Shown here: positions 1 to 6,659 of the stretch, one piece after another
How the letters are laid out: every line of letters begins with the position of its first letter
How positions within the stretch are numbered: the first letter of the stretch is position 1
Assembly (NCBI GenBank): GCA_017651185.1
Contig: JAGCDJ010000031.1
Span: forward strand, 4,631 to 68,630
From: Bacteroidales bacterium
GTDB lineage: Bacteria > Bacteroidota > Bacteroidia > Bacteroidales > ML635J-15
Direction: 5' to 3'
Length of the DNA: 64,000 bases
Notes under the pieces: model-generated
The model's input: the letters and a program-made list of their open reading frames with translations, nothing else
What the model was told of the DNA's origin: nothing
The model's database searches: none
Made by a program: the position numbers and the translations under genes

Positions 1-102
1 TACGAAGGTCTTGTCCTTGTGATATAGGAAAATCGCTATCGCAACGGCGACAATCGCCATCGGAATCAGCAGCCACGGGGAATATTCAAAGTAGAATTTC
101 AT
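1..102 (-). CDS. N-terminal 34 codons of a membrane protein that continues off the left edge (partial)
   Basis: ATG at 102-100 on the minus strand, then MKFYFEYSPWLLIPMAIVAVAIAIFLYHKDKTFV, which contains one hydrophobic helix. The frame stays open to the window edge. This is my own translation; the ORF is too short for the ORF track. Confidence 0.3.
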   Translation of the reverse strand, partial: MKFYFEYSPWLLIPMAIVAVAIAIFLYHKDKTFV

Positions 103-138
103 TTTCCGAGATTTTTATGAGAGCATTGCATCATATTT

Positions 139-828
139 TTATTCCACAACAATTTTTTTAGTAGTAACATCGCCATCAACCTGCAAGCGTACAAAATAAA
201 TTCCTGTGACGAAATTGTCAAGCGAAATAGGATTTTCAAGGTCGTTTCTACTATAAACAACTCTGCCCGTTTCATCAATGATTTCAATCGTCAAATCCGT
301 ATAGTCTTTTTCAACTTCTATTGAAATTGAGTTGCTGGCAGGATTAGGATAAACATCAAACATTTTTTTGTCCTTATAATCGGAAAGACCTGCGTTATTT
401 CTCTTTTTCCCCTTGCAAGTACACAAAAAAAAGCCTAAAGCACTTCCCGAAGTGTAATTAATTTCTATTGAATCTTGAATTAAAGTTCCACTGCCTCCAC
501 TGTACAAGTTATTGTTATGGTAATCATCGTATTCTGGAAACAACTGATATGTTTGCATAGGAATTTGAAACGAATTTTCGTCCGTAATTTTTGCCCTTAT
601 TGTGTCTTCAAGATGTGAAAGAAGATAAAATTGTATGTCCAAAGTGTCAACGCTCGAAGGTATTATTTCTATTTCACAATTAATCGTATCAATATAATTA
701 GGCATTATTGTCGTACAAGTACATACTTCATGGACATCATAAATTCCAAGAAACCTCTGGATGTCTTGCGCCATAATAGTTGAGTAAACTACGGATAATG
801 CTATTAGAACAATTATTTTTGATTTCAT
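139..828 (-). CDS. Small secreted protein with a T9SS type-A C-terminal sorting domain
   Basis: Signal peptide MKSKIIVLIALSVVYSTIMAQ. The C-terminus VYPNPASNSISIEV...TGIYFVRLQVDGDVTTKKIVVE matches the Por secretion tail pattern. It starts 13 nt after the fabG stop. Confidence 0.75.
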   Translation of the reverse strand: MKSKIIVLIALSVVYSTIMAQDIQRFLGIYDVHEVCTCTTIMPNYIDTINCEIEIIPSSVDTLDIQFYLLSHLEDTIRAKITDENSFQIPMQTYQLFPEYDDYHNNNLYSGGSGTLIQDSIEINYTSGSALGFFLCTCKGKKRNNAGLSDYKDKKMFDVYPNPASNSISIEVEKDYTDLTIEIIDETGRVVYSRNDLENPISLDNFVTGIYFVRLQVDGDVTTKKIVVE

Positions 829-841
829 ATCTTGTCAACTT

Positions 842-1588
842 TTATGTCAACATTGCGCCACTTACATTAATAACTTGACCAGAAATGTATTGCGACATAT
901 CCGAGGCGAGGAATACGGCTGCGTTGGCAACATCTTCGGGACGTCCTGCGCGTTTGAGAGGAATAGCATCAATTATGGCTTTCTTCTGGTCGTCGTTCAG
1001 TGCGGCGGTCATATCGGTTTCGATGAAGCCGGGGGCTATGGCGTTGCAGCGTATGTTTCTGCTACCCAGTTCCTTGGCAACCGACTTTGTGAAACCTACG
1101 ATTCCTGCCTTTGATGCAGCGTAGTTTGCCTGACCGGCATTGCCCGACAGTCCCACCACCGAACTAAGGTTGATGATAGAACCTTCGCGCTGCTTGAGCA
1201 TTATGCGCTGTACGGCTTTTGTATAGTTGAATGCCGACTTCAGATTGGTGGCAATTACATTGTCCCACTGTTCTTCGCTCATTCGCATAAGTAGAGTGTC
1301 GGCGGTGATTCCTGCATTGTTGACAAGGATGTCGATGCGCGAGAATTTTTTCTGCACTTCGCTGGCAATTTCGTCAGCACGGGCAAAATCCTTTGCGTCG
1401 GCTTCAAAGTAGATGCTTTCAACGCCAAGTTCTGCAAGTTCCTTTTCAAGGGAATCGACATTTTCGTTGCGGTGGGTGGAGGTAAAGGTGACATTTGCGC
1501 CTGCCTTTGCAAATTCAATTGCAATTGCCCTGCCTATTCCGCGTGATGCACCAGTTATCAGTGCCGTTTTTCCTGTTAGTAAACCCAT
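842..1588 (-). CDS. fabG: 3-oxoacyl-[acyl-carrier-protein] reductase
   Basis: SDR motifs TGASRGIGRAIA, NNAG and YAASKAG. Start set at MGLLTGK (ATG 1588) because a -7 box at 1614-1621 lies inside the longer ORF-track extension. Confidence 0.9.
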   Translation of the reverse strand: MGLLTGKTALITGASRGIGRAIAIEFAKAGANVTFTSTHRNENVDSLEKELAELGVESIYFEADAKDFARADEIASEVQKKFSRIDILVNNAGITADTLLMRMSEEQWDNVIATNLKSAFNYTKAVQRIMLKQREGSIINLSSVVGLSGNAGQANYAASKAGIVGFTKSVAKELGSRNIRCNAIAPGFIETDMTAALNDDQKKAIIDAIPLKRAGRPEDVANAAVFLASDMSQYISGQVINVSGAMLT

Positions 1589-1613
1589 AATTATAATGGT
1601 GTCAAATTTTGTG

Positions 1614-1621
1614 CAAAGGTA
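1614..1621 (-). promoter_or_regulatory. Bacteroidota -7 promoter box (TACCTTTG) for fabG
   Basis: Exact TAnnTTTG match on the minus strand, 25 nt upstream of ATG 1588. Confidence 0.5.
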
Positions 1622-1676
1622 ATGAAAATTCAATGATTTGAAAATTTGATGATTCAAAGATTTAAAAATTCAATGA
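1621..1676. repeat. Seven degenerate 8-nt tandem units (TTYRAWGA)
   Basis: aatgaaaa ttcaatga tttgaaaa tttgatga ttcaaaga tttaaaaa ttcaatga, read directly from the sequence. Confidence 0.7.
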
Positions 1677-1810
1677 TATGTAGCATCGCAATGCGTTGCG
1701 ATGGTTTGTTTTGTTGAGACGCAAAATTTTGCGTCTGTACAATGATTATGGATTCAAAAATTAAATGGTTTGAAAGTTTCATTGTACATTATTAATTATC
1801 TAAAATCGTA

Positions 1811-1844
1811 AATCGTCAATCTAAAATAATCGTCAATCTAAAAT
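1811..1844. repeat. Perfect 17-bp tandem duplication AATCGTCAATCTAAAAT x2
   Basis: Copies at 1811-1827 and 1828-1844 are identical. The duplication ends 7 nt before the panB -7 box. Confidence 0.85.
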
Positions 1845-1851
1845 AATATTG

Positions 1852-1859
1852 TATTTTTG
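1852..1859 (+). promoter_or_regulatory. -7 promoter box (TATTTTTG) for panB
   Basis: Exact TAnnTTTG, 23 nt upstream of ATG 1883. Confidence 0.5.
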
Positions 1860-1882
1860 TCCGACTTTAAAAACATACCATT

Positions 1883-2695
1883 ATGTCGGTACATAAGGAA
1901 ATAAAGAAGGTTACTACGCATATTCTTCAAGAGATGAAGAACCGTGGCGAAAAGATTTCGATGCTCACTGCCTACGACTACAGCATGGCGAAAATAATTG
2001 ACAAGGCAGGAATAGATGTTATTCTTGTCGGCGATTCGGCATCGAATGTGATGGCTGGTTACGAATCGACCCTGCCAATTACCCTTGACGAGATGATTTA
2101 CCACGCAAAAGGCGTTGTTCGCGCTGTGGATAGGGCGTTGGTGGTTGTGGATTTGCCGTTTGGAACTTATCAGAGCAACTCCAAGGAGGCATTGGCATCG
2201 GCCATACGCATAATGAAGGAGACTGGTGCTGGTGCGGTAAAGCTTGAAGGCGGAATGGAATCTGAAGAATCGATAAAGCGCATTTTGTCGGCAGGTATTC
2301 CTGTAATGGGACATTTGGGACTTATGCCGCAGAGCATACATAAGTTTGGCACCTATGTCGTTCGCGCAAAGGACGATGAGGAAGCATCGCGCCTGGTGGA
2401 AGATGCGTATCTGCTTCAGGAACTTGGTTGCTTCGCCATTGTATTGGAAAAAATTCCAGCAAGCCTTACTTCGCGCATAGTTTCCGAAATAAAAATTCCA
2501 ATCATTGGCATTGGAGCAGGTGCCGCAGATGGCCAGGTGCTTGTAATGCACGACATGCTTGGTATTACACAGGAATTTTCTCCACGCTTTTTGCGCCGTT
2601 ATGCCGACTTGGACAAGATAATTACTGATGCGGTTTCGAACTACATCAGCGATGTGAAGTCGGCGGATTTTCCTAACGAGCAGGAACAGTACTGA
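1883..2695 (+). CDS. panB: 3-methyl-2-oxobutanoate hydroxymethyltransferase
   Basis: Full-length 270-aa PanB-like sequence ([30 protein letters not shown]..., LKLEGG, IGIGAG). Confidence 0.93.
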   Translation: MSVHKEIKKVTTHILQEMKNRGEKISMLTAYDYSMAKIIDKAGIDVILVGDSASNVMAGYESTLPITLDEMIYHAKGVVRAVDRALVVVDLPFGTYQSNSKEALASAIRIMKETGAGAVKLEGGMESEESIKRILSAGIPVMGHLGLMPQSIHKFGTYVVRAKDDEEASRLVEDAYLLQELGCFAIVLEKIPASLTSRIVSEIKIPIIGIGAGAADGQVLVMHDMLGITQEFSPRFLRRYADLDKIITDAVSNYISDVKSADFPNEQEQY

Positions 2696-2711
2696 CAAAT
2701 TTTGTCGTATC

Positions 2712-3407
2712 ATGGCTGAACATCAAAACACAAGTCCGCAAACGGTTGATATTCTGTACGAAGACAACCACATAATTGCCGTCAACAAGCAGGCAGGGCA
2801 AATTGTGCAGGGTGACAATACTGGCGACAAGCCACTGTCCGAAATTCTAAAATCCTACATAAAGGAGCGCGATAACAAGCCAGGGAATGTTTTCCTAGGT
2901 GTTCCGCATCGTATCGACAGACCTGTGAGCGGAGTGGTGCTTTTCGCAAAGACGAGCAAGGCATTGACGCGCTTGAGCGAACTTTTCCGAACTAAGGATG
3001 CGCATAAGACATATCTAGCGGTTGTTGGCAACAAACCACCAAAGGACAGCGACACGCTTGTGGATTACATTTACCGCAATGTCAAGCAGAACAAGTCGTA
3101 TGTGGTTGATGAAAAGCACCCTGAGGCAAAGCGGTCAAGTTTGTCGTACAAGGTAATCGGACATTCGGAGAGGTATTATCTGCTTGAGGTTGATTTGCAT
3201 ACAGGTCGTCATCATCAGATTCGCTGTCAACTTGCCAATATGGGGTGTCCCATCCGCGGTGACTTAAAGTACGGTTATCCGCGTTCCAACAAAAATGGAG
3301 GCATTAACCTTCATGCAGTGCGGATCACTTTTGTTCATCCTGTGAAGAAGGAGGAAATTGTCATTGAGGCACCGTTTCCAGATGAAAAGATTTGGAAGAT
3401 ATTTTGA
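2712..3407 (+). CDS. RluA-family pseudouridine synthase
   Basis: Motifs HRIDRPVSGVVLFAKT (catalytic Asp region) and GRHHQIRCQLA. 231 aa, with no S4 domain. Confidence 0.85.
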   Translation: MAEHQNTSPQTVDILYEDNHIIAVNKQAGQIVQGDNTGDKPLSEILKSYIKERDNKPGNVFLGVPHRIDRPVSGVVLFAKTSKALTRLSELFRTKDAHKTYLAVVGNKPPKDSDTLVDYIYRNVKQNKSYVVDEKHPEAKRSSLSYKVIGHSERYYLLEVDLHTGRHHQIRCQLANMGCPIRGDLKYGYPRSNKNGGINLHAVRITFVHPVKKEEIVIEAPFPDEKIWKIF

Positions 3408-3411
3408 ATCA

Positions 3412-4318
3412 GTCTTCCCTTTTGTCATCATGAATTTATTTCAGAATCTGAAAAGGGAAGATGTGTTTGATTATAGAAACAGATGCTGAAACAAGTTCAG
3501 CATGACTAGTAGTAGAGAGAAAAGAGAATGATTGTCGTTGATTATAAATGTGTTTGTGGATATGTCTTCCCTTTTGTCATTCTGAATTTATTTCAGAATC
3601 TGAAAAGGGAATGTGTGTTTAATTATAGAAACGGATGCTGAAGCAAGTTCAGCATGACTATTAGTAGAGAGAAAAGAGAATGATTGTCGTTGATTATAAA
3701 TGTATTTGTGGATAATCCTTCTCCTTTTGTCATCCTGAATTTATTTCAGGATCTGAAAAGGAGAAGTCGGATGTAATAGAAACAATATGAAAACATATTA
3801 TGTCTATATGATGTCAAATTACACCAATAATGTGCTTTATATTGGAGTAACAAACGATTTGGTTCGTAGGGTTGCCGAACATAAGGCGCATGTCAACGAT
3901 GGCTTTACTGCAAAATATAATTGTAAGAAACTAGTTTATTTTGATGATTTTGAGAATGTTGAAGATGCAATATCAAGAGAAAAGCAATTGAAGCAATGGC
4001 ATCGTGATTGGAAAAATAATCTTGTTGCAGAGATGAATCCGCAGTGGAAAGACTTGGCGGAAGAGGTTGGTGTAGATGATGAAATAATTGAGTCTGTGTC
4101 GGAATATTATAAATCGTTAAAAGAATTATAGAAACAGATGCTGAAACAAGTTCAGCATGACTAGTAGTAGAGAGAAAATAATGATTGTCTCTGATTATAA
4201 AAGTGTTTGTGGATATGTCTTCCCTTTTGTCATTCTGAATTTATTTCAGAATCTGAAAAGGGAATGTGTGTTTAATTATAGAAACGGATGCTGAAACAAG
4301 TTCAGCATGACTAGTAGG
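3412..4318. repeat. Tandem array of a 152-bp double-hairpin unit: two full units, one unit split by the GIY-YIG ORF, and one truncated unit
   Basis: Units at 3412-3563, 3564-3715, 3716-3784 continuing at 4128-4216, and 4217-4318. Each unit carries hairpin 1 (CCCTTTTGTCATTCTGAA-TTTA-TTCAGAATCTGAAAAGGG) and hairpin 2 (ATGCTGAA-ACAAG-TTCAGCAT). Confidence 0.85.
3787..4131 (+). CDS. Small free-standing GIY-YIG nuclease family protein (URI domain only)
   Basis: YYVYMMSNYTNNVLYIGVTNDLVRRVAEH...REKQLKQW shows the GIY..YIG..R..E pattern. 114 aa with no other domain. Confidence 0.85.
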   Translation: MKTYYVYMMSNYTNNVLYIGVTNDLVRRVAEHKAHVNDGFTAKYNCKKLVYFDDFENVEDAISREKQLKQWHRDWKNNLVAEMNPQWKDLAEEVGVDDEIIESVSEYYKSLKEL

Positions 4319-4328
4319 GGAATGTGAT

Positions 4329-6212
4329 ATGGAAAGTCTTCTTCAGGCGGAAAACATTAGCAAGCGGTACGGCGACAAACTGTTGTTTGAAAACATCAGT
4401 CTAAGCATAGGCGAAGGACAGAAAATAGCCTTAGTTGCCAAGAACGGCACTGGGAAAACCTCGTTGCTTAATATTCTTGCTGGCGTAGATTCGTCCGATG
4501 GCGGAAAATTGAGCCGCCGTCGCGATGTGAGAATCGGCTATCTGCCACAGGAAATCGAAATGAATCCCGACCGCACAGTGCTTGATGCCGTATTTGTGCT
4601 CGAAAATGAAATTACCCAGACCATACGACAATACAACGACTGTCTTTATTCAGAATCTCATGAGGTTCTGCCATCGCTGTTGGACAAGATGGACGCCCTT
4701 AATGCTTGGGACTACGAATCGCGCATCAGGCAGATACTTGGCAAACTCGACATTCACGACCTTGACAAGAAAATTGGCACTCTCAGCGGTGGACAAAAAA
4801 AGCGTGTTGCGCTTGCTGGACTGCTTATTTGTGAACCTCAACTCCTTATCCTTGACGAACCGACAAACCAGTTGGATCTCAATGTGATAGAATGGCTTGA
4901 AGATTATTTGTCGTCAGCCAACATAACTATATTCATGGTCACTCATGACCGCTATTTCCTCGACCGTATATGCGATACCATAATCGAAATGGATGGAGGA
5001 AACATTTATTCATATTCAGGCAATTACACCTATTATGTCGAAAAGCGGGCGGAGCGCATTGAAAACTTGCAAGTCAATATAGAGCGGGCGCAGAACCTAA
5101 TGCGTACCGAGCAGGAATGGATTCGCCGTATGCCAAAGGCGCGTTCACACAAGGCAAAATATCGTATTGATGAGTTTGAAAATCTGAAAGCAAGAGCATC
5201 GCAGCGAATAGATGAAAGAAAACTTGAACTCGATGTTGCAAACCAGCGTCTTGGAAAGAAAATCATTGATATTTACAATGTGTCGAAATCGTTTGGTAAA
5301 CAAAAGATTATCGATGAATTTTCGTACAAGGTTTCGCGATGCGAAAAGATAGGAATCGTTGGTCGCAATGGGGTAGGCAAGACCACTTTTTTGAACCTTA
5401 TAACAGGAAATCTTGCTCCCGACAGTGGTCACATTGAGATTGGGCAGACTGTAAAATTCGCATACTACACTCAGGACGGCATTACTTTCAACGATGACGA
5501 CAAACCGATTGATATTGTTCGCAAGATTTCGGATGATGTGAAGTTGCGTGATGGTAAGAGCTTTTCTGCATCGGGACTGCTCAATTATTTCATGTTTACG
5601 GGCGATATGCAGCATACGCTTGTGCGCAAGCTCAGCGGTGGCGAAAAGCGCAGATTGTACCTTTGTACTGTGCTTATTCAGCAACCCAATGTGCTGATAA
5701 TGGACGAACCTACCAACGATTTGGACATAACGACTTTGCTGGTGCTTGAGGAATACCTGACCATGATTGATGCAACGGTTATTCTTGTTTCGCATGACCG
5801 TTTTTTCATGGACAAGATTGTCGACCATATATTTGTGTTTGAGGGCGATGGGCGGATTGTTGATTTTCCTGGCAACTATACGCAGTTTCGCGATTCAAAG
5901 GAATATGACAGGTATATGGAGTTCGCTTCGCCTAAGGAAGTCAAGGAACCGAAACCAGTGTCGCAGGAACCAAAAAAGGTTGTTGCGACGCAAAAGAAAA
6001 AGTTGTCGTACAACGAGCAGCGCGAATACGATATGCTGGAAAAGGAAATAGAGGAACTGAATGTAAAGCGAGTTTTTATGGAGGAGGAGTTGAATTCCGG
6101 AAAATTTTCTCCTTTTGAAATTGTAACAAAGTCGGCGGAGTATTCGCAACTCATTGATAGCATTGACGAAAAAGAAATGCGCTGGCTCGAACTAGCAGAA
6201 AAGATAGAGTAA
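4329..6212 (+). CDS. uup: ABC-F family ATPase (Uup-like, two ABC cassettes plus a C-terminal coiled coil)
   Basis: Two Walker A motifs (AKNGTGKTS, GRNGVGKTT), two LSGG signatures and no transmembrane domain. The Lys/Glu-rich C-terminal tail KKKLSYNEQREYDMLEKEIEEL is typical of Uup. Confidence 0.88.
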   Translation: MESLLQAENISKRYGDKLLFENISLSIGEGQKIALVAKNGTGKTSLLNILAGVDSSDGGKLSRRRDVRIGYLPQEIEMNPDRTVLDAVFVLENEITQTIRQYNDCLYSESHEVLPSLLDKMDALNAWDYESRIRQILGKLDIHDLDKKIGTLSGGQKKRVALAGLLICEPQLLILDEPTNQLDLNVIEWLEDYLSSANITIFMVTHDRYFLDRICDTIIEMDGGNIYSYSGNYTYYVEKRAERIENLQVNIERAQNLMRTEQEWIRRMPKARSHKAKYRIDEFENLKARASQRIDERKLELDVANQRLGKKIIDIYNVSKSFGKQKIIDEFSYKVSRCEKIGIVGRNGVGKTTFLNLITGNLAPDSGHIEIGQTVKFAYYTQDGITFNDDDKPIDIVRKISDDVKLRDGKSFSASGLLNYFMFTGDMQHTLVRKLSGGEKRRLYLCTVLIQQPNVLIMDEPTNDLDITTLLVLEEYLTMIDATVILVSHDRFFMDKIVDHIFVFEGDGRIVDFPGNYTQFRDSKEYDRYMEFASPKEVKEPKPVSQEPKKVVATQKKKLSYNEQREYDMLEKEIEELNVKRVFMEEELNSGKFSPFEIVTKSAEYSQLIDSIDEKEMRWLELAEKIE

Positions 6213-6218
6213 TACCAT

Positions 6219-6379
6219 GTCATTCCGCAAGTTAGAACAATAACACGATACGGAACGGGGAGTGTAATATTGTTCAACTATGCGGAATCTCCTAAGGAAA
6301 CAGTTTCATTTGGAGATTCCGTATAAACGAACTCACAAGCAACGTACCTTATGCTGTTCGTTCTGTTTTACGGAATGAC
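6219..6379. repeat. 161-bp element made of consecutive hairpins, bounded by 9-bp inverted repeats (REP/MITE-like)
   Basis: Outer inverted repeat GTCATTCCG (6219-6227) / CGGAATGAC (6371-6379). Inner stems at 6235-6242/6268-6275, 6283-6292/6312-6321 and 6326-6332/6356-6362. The right-hand 57 bp recur at 41824-41879. Confidence 0.55.
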
Positions 6380-6419
6380 GGGGGTATTAATGAAAAACCC
6401 GACAATTGCCGGGCTTGTG

Positions 6420-6494
6420 TGGTCTGTAGCAGATTCGAACTGTTGACCTCTTCCGTGTGAAGGAAGCGCTCTGAACCAACTGAGCTAACAGACC
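6420..6494 (-). tRNA. tRNA-Val (anticodon CAC)
   Basis: The reverse complement folds as a cloverleaf: GGTCTGT acceptor stem, GCTC/GAGC D stem, CTTCC-TTCACAC-GGAAG anticodon arm, TTCGAAT T loop. There is one A-C mismatch in the T stem. Confidence 0.88.
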
Positions 6495-6507
6495 AAAAAA
6501 AGAAAAG

Positions 6508-6582
6508 TGATCTGTACAAGATTTGAACTTGTGACCTCTTGCCTGTCAAGCAAGCGCTCTAAACCAACTGAGCTAACAGATC
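6508..6582 (-). tRNA. tRNA-Val (anticodon GAC)
   Basis: The reverse complement folds as GATCTGT acceptor stem, CTTGC-TTGACAG-GCAAG anticodon arm and ACAAG-TTCAAAT-CTTGT T arm. Confidence 0.9.
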
Positions 6583-6592
6583 AAAATCGAGG

Positions 6593-6600
6593 CAAAATTA
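6593..6600 (-). promoter_or_regulatory. -7 promoter box (TAATTTTG) for the tRNA-Val pair
   Basis: Exact TAnnTTTG on the minus strand, 10 nt upstream of the 5' end of tRNA-Val(GAC). Confidence 0.5.
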
Positions 6601-6659
6601 CATATTTTTATTGATGCGAACAAAAAAATAAATTTTTGCCGACAAAATCTTGTAACGAT

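Noticed and set aside
1838-2713. Long antisense ORFs appear in the ORF track: 1838-2713, 5145-5828, 9141-10085, 10788-11495, 15016-15729, 31893-32843, 34194-35237, 35340-36311, 40463-40990 and 61736-62332.
   Set aside because: Each lies entirely opposite a gene with strong family motifs. They have low-complexity, Cys/Arg/His-rich composition, no signal peptide, promoter or domain features, and so are shadow ORFs.
3412-4318. The repeat array could be a CRISPR locus.
   Set aside because: The 152-bp units are directly contiguous with no unique spacers, and the period is far longer than CRISPR repeat plus spacer. There is no cas gene in the window, and the only embedded ORF is a GIY-YIG nuclease.
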